A stretch of DNA of 27,733 bases from an uncultured Candidatus Saccharibacteria bacterium (GCA_964462155.1 CAYWWH010000003.1:1211-28943); one strand, 5' to 3'; shown: positions 15,996 through 24,668, counted from the stretch's first letter. Made by a program: numbers and translations. Notes: generated by a model from the letters alone, not told the origin.

Positions 15996-16025
15996 AGTAT
16001 ACGTTCCTATCGCACTCTTAAACAA
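15996..16025 (-). promoter_or_regulatory. Predicted leaderless promoter of the FtsA-like gene
   Basis: TTGTTT (16025-16020), 18 nt, TATACT (16001-15996), 6 nt, ATG. Confidence 0.5.
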
Positions 16026-16084
16026 TCATTTGTACACACGTGTAAGTCCTGAGTAGTGAGCAATGAACTTGGAACATAAAATTG

Positions 16085-16115
16085 AAAACACATTCGCTTT
16101 CGGCGAATGTGTTTT
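16085..16115 (-). terminator. Intrinsic terminator of alaS
   Basis: Perfect 13-bp stem AAAACACATTCGC/GCGAATGTGTTTT with a 5-nt loop, running into TTTTCAATTTT on the minus strand about 20 nt after the alaS stop. Confidence 0.85.
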
Positions 16116-16134
16116 ACTCTCGGCTAATTACTCA

Positions 16135-18009
16135 TTACTCTAATACTGCTTTAATGCGACGCACCCCCGCACTCGACGACTCTTCTTTTACAATCGTAAA
16201 AACACCTTCAATGTCGCTCGTGTTCTTGACGTGAGGACCACCACAAAGCTCACGAGAGTATACATTCCCCTCACCATCCTTGACGGTATACACGGTAACC
16301 ATGTCTGGGTACCTATCCCAGAAACTTCCCTCAACACCATTTGTTTTCGCGTCTTCTTTACTCATAACGTCAGTCACGACGTCACATTTCTTTTCAATTG
16401 CGTCTTGAACATATTTCTCAACCTTTCGCAGCACTTCATCACTCACTTTCTCATTGGAAGTAAAATCAAAACGTAAACGCTCACTTGTAATATTTGAGCC
16501 AGCTTGGTGCACCTCAGCACCCAAGTACGTACGAAGTCCCGCAAGAAGAAGGTGGGTACACGTGTGGTACATGGTTACCTTCTCACTCGTGTCTGCAAGA
16601 CCGCTCTTAAACTTCTGTTCAGAACCAGCACGCGAGAGATCTTGATGTACTTTCATTTCCTCAAGAAACGCTTCTCTATCAACATCCATTCCTCTCTCTT
16701 TAGCAAGCTCTTCCGTCACCTCAAATGGAAACCCGTACGTTGAGAAAAGCATGAATGCGTCTCTCCCTGAAATACTCTTCCCCTCAATTTTTTCAAACTC
16801 TTTTAGGCCTCGAGAAAGAGTTGTACGGAATTTTTCCTCTTCATCTTGTATAGCTCGCTCTATCGTAGAAACGTTCTCAAGGAGTGCTGGGTAAGCATCT
16901 TTATACATTTCAACTATTGGAAGCACTACTTTTGAAAAATCTGTTCCAGTGAGCCCGAGAACATCAGCATACCTAACCGAGCGACGAATGAGACGACGCA
17001 CGAAGTATCCTTGGTCAGTGTTTGATGGAAATGCTCCTTCGCTTATAAGGAACACTGCTGCTTTCATGTGATCTGCAATAATGCGAAACGCTCGAGTATC
17101 TTTTTCATTCTCTCCGTACTTCTTCCCTGAGTACTTCTCAAGAAAATCTAGTATCGGTTTATGATTGACAAGAATAATGTCAGGAGTGTTTGTAAGTGCC
17201 ATCATGATACGCTCGAGTCCGCCACCAAAATCTACATTCAGCTTAGGGAGCTCACTGAAACTTCCATCTTCATTTTTTATGAACTGCATAAAGACACTGT
17301 TTCCTATCTCAAGAAAACGTCCGCAATCACAATTTGGGTGACAGTGCTCACCATACTTCGTATCGTGCTCTATGGTGTCAAATTCATAAAACACCTCTGA
17401 ATCAGGGCCTCCTGGCTCACCTACGGGCATGTTTTGAGGCACTCCGGCTCTACTCCACCAGTTTTTCTTTGCATTATAGTAGAAGATGCGTTCGCCCTCT
17501 TTCATACCTCGATTTGCACCCTCTTCTTCCGATCCCATGTGTGCGGTCATTGCATCCACACCTTTCGAGGCAAAGAGTTTCTTCCAGATTTCAACAGACA
17601 CATCGTCCTTACCAATACCTATACTCTCCTCTCCAGAAAAAACTGTGACGTAGAGACGTTTCGGGTCAAAGCCAAGTTCATCGACAAGAAATGAAAATAC
17701 CCACGGGAGCTGTTCCTCTTTAAAGTAGTCGCCTAAGGACCAGTTCCCAAGCATTTCAAAAAAAGTTGTGTGACGGTTATCACCAACTTCTTCGATATCG
17801 CCAGAGCGAAAACATTTTTGACTATCAACGAGTCGACTTCCTTTTGGATGACTCTCCCCGAGAAGGTACGGTACGAGGGGTTGCATACCACTCCCCGTAA
17901 AGAGAGTTGTTGGGTCATTTTCGGGTAAGAGTGATGCTGAAGGAATCACTGCGTGTCCTTGGTTTTTGAAGAATTCTAAGTATTTACTTCGAGCGGTATG
18001 TAAGTCCAT
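16135..18009 (-). CDS. alaS: Alanine--tRNA ligase, short form (no C-Ala domain)
   Basis: TLFTGSGMQP, RHTTFFEMLGNWS, VDFGGGLER, IADH, LIRR, TYGFP; editing motifs HTCTH, QAGS and ELCGGPHV; ends at GVRRIKAVLE. Confidence 0.97.
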   Translation of the reverse strand: MDLHTARSKYLEFFKNQGHAVIPSASLLPENDPTTLFTGSGMQPLVPYLLGESHPKGSRLVDSQKCFRSGDIEEVGDNRHTTFFEMLGNWSLGDYFKEEQLPWVFSFLVDELGFDPKRLYVTVFSGEESIGIGKDDVSVEIWKKLFASKGVDAMTAHMGSEEEGANRGMKEGERIFYYNAKKNWWSRAGVPQNMPVGEPGGPDSEVFYEFDTIEHDTKYGEHCHPNCDCGRFLEIGNSVFMQFIKNEDGSFSELPKLNVDFGGGLERIMMALTNTPDIILVNHKPILDFLEKYSGKKYGENEKDTRAFRIIADHMKAAVFLISEGAFPSNTDQGYFVRRLIRRSVRYADVLGLTGTDFSKVVLPIVEMYKDAYPALLENVSTIERAIQDEEEKFRTTLSRGLKEFEKIEGKSISGRDAFMLFSTYGFPFEVTEELAKERGMDVDREAFLEEMKVHQDLSRAGSEQKFKSGLADTSEKVTMYHTCTHLLLAGLRTYLGAEVHQAGSNITSERLRFDFTSNEKVSDEVLRKVEKYVQDAIEKKCDVVTDVMSKEDAKTNGVEGSFWDRYPDMVTVYTVKDGEGNVYSRELCGGPHVKNTSDIEGVFTIVKEESSSAGVRRIKAVLE

Positions 18010-18031
18010 AGTGTTTTAGTTAGTACGTTCT

Positions 18032-18060
18032 ATAGTAAGATAAAATTCGATACTCTTCAA
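18032..18060 (-). promoter_or_regulatory. Predicted alaS promoter
   Basis: TTGAAG (18060-18055), 17 nt, TACTAT (18037-18032), 22 nt before the ATG. Confidence 0.55.
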
Positions 18061-18071
18061 ATGGTGTAACT

Positions 18072-19370
18072 TTATAGAGGCGTACCCTGCTCGGTAACCG
18101 CACCGCATGCTGAAGTTACAATAACACTACCTGAGAGGTGTTTTTTAATTGCTGAATTGACTTCAGACAGTCGAAGCGCGCGAACCTTATCGAGGTACTC
18201 ATCTATCTCACGCACTGGTCGTTTTTCAAGTACGGTAGCAAAAAGTACGGAACACTGTGCTGTGGTCGTAGAAAGCCCAACCGTAAACACTCCTTGTATC
18301 TCTTCAACAACCTCGCGTAGCTCGCGAGCACTAACACCTTTTTCTATAAACGTTTTGAACTCTTCGCGCAATCGTTCACGTCCTCTATGGAAAACGGTAC
18401 TCTGAAAGAGGGCTCGCCCAATACAGTACCCCGGATACCCTTCATCAAAACCTTTAAGAGACGCACTTGCTCCGTACGTTAAGTTTTCTTTTGTTCTCAG
18501 TATAGAAAAAAGTCGAGACGTAGAACCACTGCCAAATGCCTCCACCCCGATTTTAAGTGGTAGGAAATCGATGTCTTGTTTAAGGAGAGTCATTGGAGTC
18601 ATGATGTACGTATCAACATTCTCTTTTCCCTTTCTTGGTATAACGATATCAGTATCATGCTGTGTCGCAAGTTCTGTATAGGTAAACGAAGGTGGTACAC
18701 TCTCTTCGGTCCTACTCATACCTTCAAGTATCTTTTTTACCTCTCGTAGGAAACGTGTGCCACCGACATCACCCGCGATACACACAACTGCCCCCACGGT
18801 ACGCACTGTTTGTTCAAAAAAATGTTCGACGTGAGCAATAGATACCTTCTTGAGTAAACTGATACTCTCATCAAGAGTGGTACACCAGTGTGGGTGACCT
18901 TTTGTAAAGAGTGAACGAAAGAGTGCGATTCGTGCCTGTGTATTCGTATCATCTTTATCGTGGACATACCCCTCTCTCAGTCTCATTTTAGCTTCTTCAA
19001 ACTCATGCGGAGCACAGTACCTCTCTTCTAGGATGAGTACGACGAGATCGAGAACATTGGTAAATACTTCTTTTCGAGAACGAATAGATACAGTAAGGGT
19101 ATTACTAGTGACAGAAAAAGATACCTTAGCACCCCAGAGTTCAAACTTCTCAAGAATGTATGAACGCTTCTTAGTTCGCGTGCTCCCAGGAAGCACTGCA
19201 TCGAGTATGTCTCCAATCGACATGTTGTCATAGGTCGCATAGTACCCTCCTGGGAAGGCGATAGAGCATACGACAATATCTTTTGACTGTGTGGTGAGTG
19301 AGTAAATATCGATTCCATTACTGAGGCGGTCGTACGAAACTCTTTTTTCAAATTGTAGTGTGTGTGTCAT
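18072..19370 (-). CDS. M16 (pitrilysin/insulinase) family protein, catalytically inactive subunit
   Basis: M16 two-domain pattern (GAKVSFS, SRLF..LR.KENLTYG) but no HxxEH. Its start overlaps the upstream M16 stop (ATGA). Confidence 0.8.
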   Translation of the reverse strand: MTHTLQFEKRVSYDRLSNGIDIYSLTTQSKDIVVCSIAFPGGYYATYDNMSIGDILDAVLPGSTRTKKRSYILEKFELWGAKVSFSVTSNTLTVSIRSRKEVFTNVLDLVVLILEERYCAPHEFEEAKMRLREGYVHDKDDTNTQARIALFRSLFTKGHPHWCTTLDESISLLKKVSIAHVEHFFEQTVRTVGAVVCIAGDVGGTRFLREVKKILEGMSRTEESVPPSFTYTELATQHDTDIVIPRKGKENVDTYIMTPMTLLKQDIDFLPLKIGVEAFGSGSTSRLFSILRTKENLTYGASASLKGFDEGYPGYCIGRALFQSTVFHRGRERLREEFKTFIEKGVSARELREVVEEIQGVFTVGLSTTTAQCSVLFATVLEKRPVREIDEYLDKVRALRLSEVNSAIKKHLSGSVIVTSACGAVTEQGTPL

Positions 19371-20689
19371 ATATGGTATTCACGTGCTCGAAAGTACCCC
19401 ACGGTCATCGCCTCTTTTGTTAAGTACTTTTTTGCAACTCTCTGTACATCTTCTTTGGTTACCGATGCTAACTTTTTTGGAAGAGCAAAAAACATCGTCC
19501 AGTCACCTGAAGCGATTGACTCATTGAGCATGGAGAGAGTTGCATAGTGACCGTCTCTTGTAAATGCAATTGTTGTCTGAATTTGTGCAATGACACGCTC
19601 AATAATGGTCTTTGGTATCTGTTTCTTTGCAACATCTTCACACACTTTAAGTATCTCTTTCTCAACATCTTCATGTGATACACCCTTACAAGGCGTAGCA
19701 CAGAGAGAGAGGAGTGATGGGTCATGAAAAGGCATGTACTCGGTCCACGTACCTGATGCCTTCTTCCCTTCGACTAATCGTGTATAGAGGTAAGATAACT
19801 TTCCGTCCCCAAGGAGCGAGTCAAGTACAATGAGTGCTGGAGTGTCACTATGGAGGGTTTCAGGTACTTTAAACGAAACAGAGACAATATCTTTAGTGCT
19901 CGGGCGAGTAACTTCAACAAAACGTCTCCCCTCTTGTGGTGGCTCAACGATTCCCACTCTTGGGATGGGGTTTTTTGATTTCGGGTGTTCGCCAAAGTAC
20001 CTTTCAATAACTCGGAGAGCTTCATTTCTCTCAATGTTTCCAAGTACCGTTATCACTGCATTATTTGGATGGTAGTACGTATCATACATATCGATTAGTG
20101 AACTAACCTGTGTCTTCTCAATATCACCGTACCACCCGATAGTTGGGTTCCTGTATGGATGGTTCGTAAACGCCGTCGCCCATACCATATCACTGAGGAG
20201 CGCCTCGGGACTATTTGAAACGCGCATTGCATACTCGCTTGTAACTGCCGGTAACTCTTCTTCAAGATCACTCTTTCGGAGGAAGGCGTTTCTCATACGA
20301 TCTGCCTCAAGACGTACACAGTACTCAAAATGTTCAAGCGGAAACACCTCATAGTAGTTTGTCCTATCAACCCATGTTGAAGCATTTACAAGTGCCCCTT
20401 TCTTTCCTAACAACTCAAGGACGCTCACTCCTCTTTTTGGTGGAAATTTTTTCGACCCCTTGAACATGAGATGTTCTAGGATATGTGCCTGCCCTGTGCC
20501 TCCTTTTGGATCGTGCTTACTTCCTACATAGTAGGTAACCATAAGACCAACAACCGGAGCGTTGTTGTTTACTATATGGAGTACCCGCAGGCCATTCTTT
20601 TTTAAGAGAAACTCCTCCACACCGTACTCGGAGCGGAGGAGTGTATACGCCGTAGGAACTTTAGCAGTGGTGCGTACACGCTGTCGCAT
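19367..20689 (-). CDS. M16 family zinc protease, active subunit
   Basis: YYVGSKHDPKGGTGQAHILEHLMFKGS (HxxEH), NASTWVDRTNYY, LEADRM, HPY, YYHPNNA. Start trimmed to ATG 20689, 7 nt past the upstream gene stop. Confidence 0.92.
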   Translation of the reverse strand: MRQRVRTTAKVPTAYTLLRSEYGVEEFLLKKNGLRVLHIVNNNAPVVGLMVTYYVGSKHDPKGGTGQAHILEHLMFKGSKKFPPKRGVSVLELLGKKGALVNASTWVDRTNYYEVFPLEHFEYCVRLEADRMRNAFLRKSDLEEELPAVTSEYAMRVSNSPEALLSDMVWATAFTNHPYRNPTIGWYGDIEKTQVSSLIDMYDTYYHPNNAVITVLGNIERNEALRVIERYFGEHPKSKNPIPRVGIVEPPQEGRRFVEVTRPSTKDIVSVSFKVPETLHSDTPALIVLDSLLGDGKLSYLYTRLVEGKKASGTWTEYMPFHDPSLLSLCATPCKGVSHEDVEKEILKVCEDVAKKQIPKTIIERVIAQIQTTIAFTRDGHYATLSMLNESIASGDWTMFFALPKKLASVTKEDVQRVAKKYLTKEAMTVGYFRAREYHI

Positions 20690-20696
20690 ACCAATC

Positions 20697-21476
20697 CTAG
20701 AGGGTGATCTCGATTTGTGCAGTCGCTTTCTTTTCTTCAATGTACTTTTGGATTATTTCTGCACTCTTTTGGTTAACAATATCAGTCCGTACTATCTCAC
20801 GAACCTGATCTAAACTGGGAGCCTCGTCTGGATTTACTGAGCCACTTGCAATGACCGCATCGTACGCATCCTGTATTTCTTGGTCTGTTACCGTAACATC
20901 TTTAATCGTTGTTTCTTCATCGAGAAGTTGACGAATGAGGAGTTCATTACGCATGTTCTCATCTAACTCTTCTTGAGAAATACCCATGGCATCTAACTGC
21001 ATCTTAAGCGCCTCTTCTCCACCTAACTGTTCGACAAGAGTCGTCTTCTCTGCAGCAAGTTGCTCCTCTGAAACAGTGTACCGCTTCTCTTCAGCCATCT
21101 GGGTAAGGAGTTTGAGGCTAATGAGGTCATTTAAAAGCTGGAGTTCAAATGCAGCGTCTTGTGTTGTATCAACTGCATTTTCTGGAAGTGTTTTTTTAAC
21201 TTGCTCAAGTTTCTTATCGAGCTCACCACGAGTGATTGTTATCCCATTCACTGTTGCAACAATACTCTCTGGATCAGCTGAACCGACTTCGTTTGATGAC
21301 ATACCTCCAATAACACCTGCCTTGTAGAGACCGAAAACAATTCCACCGATAATGAGTACAACAAGCAATCCCAGTACGAGACCTTTTTTTGATGCACCTT
21401 CTTTTTTTTCTTCGATGTACACCTTTTCTTCTACTGCCTCAGGTGTACTCTCTTGCGTTTGTAAACTTTCGTTCAT
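20697..21476 (-). CDS. Membrane-anchored SurA/PrsA N-terminal-domain chaperone-like protein (no PPIase domain seen)
   Basis: One TM, then IVATVNGITIT..EL, L..LI...LL.Q.A...., VT..EI...Y. No parvulin/FKBP motifs. Confidence 0.8.
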   Translation of the reverse strand: MNESLQTQESTPEAVEEKVYIEEKKEGASKKGLVLGLLVVLIIGGIVFGLYKAGVIGGMSSNEVGSADPESIVATVNGITITRGELDKKLEQVKKTLPENAVDTTQDAAFELQLLNDLISLKLLTQMAEEKRYTVSEEQLAAEKTTLVEQLGGEEALKMQLDAMGISQEELDENMRNELLIRQLLDEETTIKDVTVTDQEIQDAYDAVIASGSVNPDEAPSLDQVREIVRTDIVNQKSAEIIQKYIEEKKATAQIEITL

Positions 21477-21548
21477 AATTACATTACTAGAATCTAGTTG
21501 TTAAAGTATGTCCAAGAATACCACGGTCTCGTTTTAAGACCAAATATT

Positions 21549-22031
21549 CTATCCCTTAATGTATGCATCTCCTTCAAGTGTTTCGCCATCCTTAAGTGGA
21601 ATAAGGTTTAAACGTACACTTTTTCCATTCCAGAGAGCAGTAATAGTAACATTTTCTCCCGCTTCAAAGGTAACGCTAAACGGTGCATCAAAGGCCTCAC
21701 TCGGACATGTCTCACCTTCTAAAAGTGTACTAAAACGTATTTCGACTGATGAAGTACTATTTTCTCCAACAAAGAAAGGTTCTGCAATAAGGCGGTGACA
21801 TGATGTTGGAAGTGTTGCTTTTCCAGCAATAGTATGAATACCGTCTTTATACTGATGCTTTGCGGTTATAATCATATCGAGAGATTCTTGTGAAGTTGTT
21901 GCAATCACGCCAGAATCAGACTGTTCGCTCGGTGTCGGAGTTTGTATGAGTGTGTACACAAAAAATCCGAGTAAAAGAACGCACAGCGCTCCCACGGCAA
22001 TAATTGCTTTCGTGTTTAATCTATAGTTCAT
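21549..22031 (-). CDS. Hypothetical membrane-anchored/exported beta-rich protein
   Basis: N-terminal TM, Ser/Thr linker, and a beta-rich domain with two Cys (LPTSCH...TCP). Confidence 0.8.
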   Translation of the reverse strand: MNYRLNTKAIIAVGALCVLLLGFFVYTLIQTPTPSEQSDSGVIATTSQESLDMIITAKHQYKDGIHTIAGKATLPTSCHRLIAEPFFVGENSTSSVEIRFSTLLEGETCPSEAFDAPFSVTFEAGENVTITALWNGKSVRLNLIPLKDGETLEGDAYIKG

Positions 22032-22073
22032 AGTATTTTGTTACCCTAGTAATAGGAAAAATGTAAATAAACA

Positions 22074-22526
22074 TCACTTGTGTGGACTAATCTTTTTTTC
22101 GAGAAATCGTTCGACAAACCAAAGACCGACACAAACAAACAGTGTCAGAAACGTGGTGAAAGTCGCAATGGTGTAAAACTTGAAACCAACCGCAACTCCT
22201 ATAGCTGAGGAAACCCACAGTGCTGCAGCGGTCGTAAGTCCCTTGAGTTCATGCTGGAAAATAATGAGACCTGCACCAATAAAACCGATTCCAGTTACGA
22301 TAGAGCTTGCCATACGAAGAGGATCAATCCCCCCAAGTGGAGCATATGAGTGAAGTACACCCTCACCAATAATGATAAAAAGACAAGATCCTACTGAGAC
22401 TAATCCAAACGTACGCATACCTGCGTCCTTCCCCGCAAGGAGTCGTTCAAAACCAAGGAGTGCACCTAAAACAAGTGCGATAATGAGCTGAATGAAAATC
22501 TCTGATTCGCTCGAAAAAGGTGTCAT
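22074..22526 (-). CDS. MgtC/SapB family membrane protein (short, TM domain only)
   Basis: LGALLGFER...KDAGMRTF.LV..GS.LF, DPLRMASSIVTGIGFIGAG.I, GLTTAAALW...AIGVAVG. Confidence 0.95.
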   Translation of the reverse strand: MTPFSSESEIFIQLIIALVLGALLGFERLLAGKDAGMRTFGLVSVGSCLFIIIGEGVLHSYAPLGGIDPLRMASSIVTGIGFIGAGLIIFQHELKGLTTAAALWVSSAIGVAVGFKFYTIATFTTFLTLFVCVGLWFVERFLEKKISPHK

Positions 22527-22538
22527 ACTCTTAAAACT

Positions 22539-22567
22539 ATTCTAAGGAAAAAATGGATTTAGCACAA
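22539..22567 (-). promoter_or_regulatory. Predicted promoter of the mgtC-like gene
   Basis: TTGTGC (22567-22562), 17 nt, TAGAAT (22544-22539), 12 nt, ATG. Confidence 0.5.
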
Positions 22568-23392
22568 GTCATCTATCTCCTCAAATAGTCGTTTCATCAT
22601 TCCATGTGAGAGTCCAAGAGACTCAACAGTATCAGTCTTTTCCCGTATCTGCTTACAGAGAACGATACCTTGCTCCATGAGGCGACGCTTGTTTGCTTTT
22701 GAAAGGGTTGTAAGGCAAGAGACTGGATGCACACCGGTCTCTTCAATCATCTCTCGCAAGTTCCCTTTTGCTGGATAATCCCAACTTATAATCTTGAGAC
22801 CAACACATGCAGCGTAGACCTCAACCTGTTTTGTAAACTTGGTGTTTGTAATGAGTAATCTATCGGTGTAATCAGTAGGACTTCCACTTCCACTTTGTGA
22901 TGCAATATCTTCAAATCGAGCATGCACGTAGAGAGCAACCTTAATGTCCGACTTTACTCCCGTATTGTTGTGGTACTTAACTTCTGCTCCGATGCGCTCA
23001 TCCCCTCGTGTAGCCACAACATCAAGTTCGTGCTCCACACACCTCCCTTGGACAAGTACTCTAGTTGTAGCGTCATAGCCGAGCACTTTGTACATTTCAG
23101 CAAGAAAACTTTCAAACGGATACCCGCTCGGACCAAGCTCAAGGAGTGCATGTTTAACCGAGTACCGCGCTGCTACTGGTTTCTTAACTTGTCGAAGTCT
23201 CTGGAATGCAAGTCGATAAATGTCTTGCGTTCTGTCATCTTCACGAATCGATGATGCTATATCGCTCGTAATTACATCGGCAACAACTGGTTCTGCCCCA
23301 CTCTGTACGAGCGAACGAAACAATTTCTCAGGATGAAACTGTTCCCGCTCTCCATTTGCTTTAAGTACGAATACCTCGCTCTTACTTAGCAT
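22559..23392 (-). CDS. ATP-cone + Mrr-like PD-(D/E)xK restriction-endonuclease-domain protein
   Basis: N-terminal VLKANGEREQFHPEKLFRSL (ATP cone); ELGPSGYPFE.FLAE....LGY and HELDVVA...IGAEVK (D...ExK); small helical C-terminal domain. Start trimmed to ATG 23392. Confidence 0.82.
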   Translation of the reverse strand: MLSKSEVFVLKANGEREQFHPEKLFRSLVQSGAEPVVADVITSDIASSIREDDRTQDIYRLAFQRLRQVKKPVAARYSVKHALLELGPSGYPFESFLAEMYKVLGYDATTRVLVQGRCVEHELDVVATRGDERIGAEVKYHNNTGVKSDIKVALYVHARFEDIASQSGSGSPTDYTDRLLITNTKFTKQVEVYAACVGLKIISWDYPAKGNLREMIEETGVHPVSCLTTLSKANKRRLMEQGIVLCKQIREKTDTVESLGLSHGMMKRLFEEIDDLC

Positions 23393-23528
23393 AGACACGT
23401 AGAGCTGAAGCTTCTTGATCTTGTACTCCATTCCGTGCTCTAAACTGGTCTATTGAAACGACAACGAGCATGACGACCATGAACGCAAGAACGAGTGCGA
23501 GACGAAGATTATGTTTTCCTTGTTCCAT
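23382..23528 (-). CDS. Small (48 aa) single-TM protein (absent from ORF track)
   Basis: MEQGKHNLRLALVLAFMVVMLVVVSIDQFRARNGVQDQEASALRVYAK*. It fills the mnmA-nuclease gap, overlaps the nuclease start by 11 nt and has a promoter-like sequence upstream. Confidence 0.62.
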   Translation of the reverse strand: MEQGKHNLRLALVLAFMVVMLVVVSIDQFRARNGVQDQEASALRVYAK

Positions 23529-23537
23529 ATAGTACGT

Positions 23538-23565
23538 ATTGTAACGTGTTTATGAAGCCCCGCAA
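23538..23565 (-). promoter_or_regulatory. Predicted promoter of the small-ORF/nuclease unit
   Basis: TTGCGG (23565-23560), 16 nt, TACAAT (23543-23538), 9 nt, ATG. Confidence 0.5.
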
Positions 23566-23570
23566 CACCG

Positions 23571-24668
23571 TTATCCAATAATCCCTCCTCCGAGGCACTT
23601 TTCACCTTGATACAAAACGACACTTTGCCCTCTCTGCACAAAGGGTTGTGGCTTGTCTAGCAAAAGCTCACAAGTTGTATCTGTACAAGATTTAAGAGTT
23701 ACACTAAAAAGCGGTTGTCTATACCTCAGTCGAGCCATACATGTTTTTGGAGGAGGTGATATCCAGTTACACTCTTGTAAGAGGATCGCACTTGTTGAGA
23801 CCCCCTCTTCCACATCACTGTTTCCAACCACTAAGATGTTTTTAGTAACATCTCTCTCTACGACGTAGTACGGTTTCGACGTCGGTGTTTTTTTGTGTAT
23901 GGTAAACCCGTGTCGTTGTCCAAGCGTGTACATCTGTGCACCATCATGGACCCCTATCACATCACCTTCCATGTTTAGCACATTCCCTTTTTTACTTTTG
24001 AGGTAATGAGATAAAAAATCTTTCATATCCACTTTCCCGAGAAAGCAGATGCCTTGGCTATCCTTCTTTTTTGCTGTAGGCAGTGTAAATCGGTCAGCTA
24101 AAACACGGACGTCACTCTTTTCAAATCCACCAACAGGAAAAAGGGTTTTACTCAACTGCTCTTGATTCAGAGTCCAGAGGAAGTAGGTTTGATCTTTTTG
24201 TGCATCTTTCCCTGTATATAGTTCATAGCGCTTTTTACTTCCCTCCTCAACTTCTCGCACTTGTGCATAGTGTCCCGTAGCTACGTGGGTATAACCATTA
24301 TCCAGAGCATAACGAAGTAAACCTCCAAACTTAATGTACTTATTACACATGACGTCGGGATTTGGAGTATTACCTCTTGCATACTCAGCGACTAGATACT
24401 CGACGACACTTTTCTCATACTCATGCGAAAGATCAATAGTATGGAACGGAATATGGAGGTGAGCAGCGACTCGCATGGCATCACGCCTTTCTTCGCGCCA
24501 TGAGCAAGGAAGCCAAGGAACACTCCACGTCTTTATAAAGGCGCCATGGACTGTGTGACCCTCTTCGAGAAGGAGTGCAGCAGCAACCGAGCTATCAACT
24601 CCCCCCGAAAGGGCCACCAAAACCCTAAAACGGGGACTGTCACGTTTTTTTTCCAAAATATGTGTCAT
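23571..24668 (-). CDS. mnmA: tRNA-specific 2-thiouridylase
   Basis: ALSGGVDSS, TPNPDVMCN, ATGHY, KDQTYFL, KKDSQGICF, TLGQR, LRYRQ, GQSVVLY. Confidence 0.98.
   Translation of the reverse strand: MTHILEKKRDSPRFRVLVALSGGVDSSVAAALLLEEGHTVHGAFIKTWSVPWLPCSWREERRDAMRVAAHLHIPFHTIDLSHEYEKSVVEYLVAEYARGNTPNPDVMCNKYIKFGGLLRYALDNGYTHVATGHYAQVREVEEGSKKRYELYTGKDAQKDQTYFLWTLNQEQLSKTLFPVGGFEKSDVRVLADRFTLPTAKKKDSQGICFLGKVDMKDFLSHYLKSKKGNVLNMEGDVIGVHDGAQMYTLGQRHGFTIHKKTPTSKPYYVVERDVTKNILVVGNSDVEEGVSTSAILLQECNWISPPPKTCMARLRYRQPLFSVTLKSCTDTTCELLLDKPQPFVQRGQSVVLYQGEKCLGGGIIG

Noticed and set aside
21486-21540. Short inverted repeats ACTAG-N3-CTAGT and GGTCT-N7-AGACC
   Set aside because: Five-bp arms are within chance expectation and have no supporting context.
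23450-23641. 63-aa minus-strand track ORF
   Set aside because: Overlaps the mnmA 3' end in another frame; the 48-aa TM ORF fits the gap and the promoter better.
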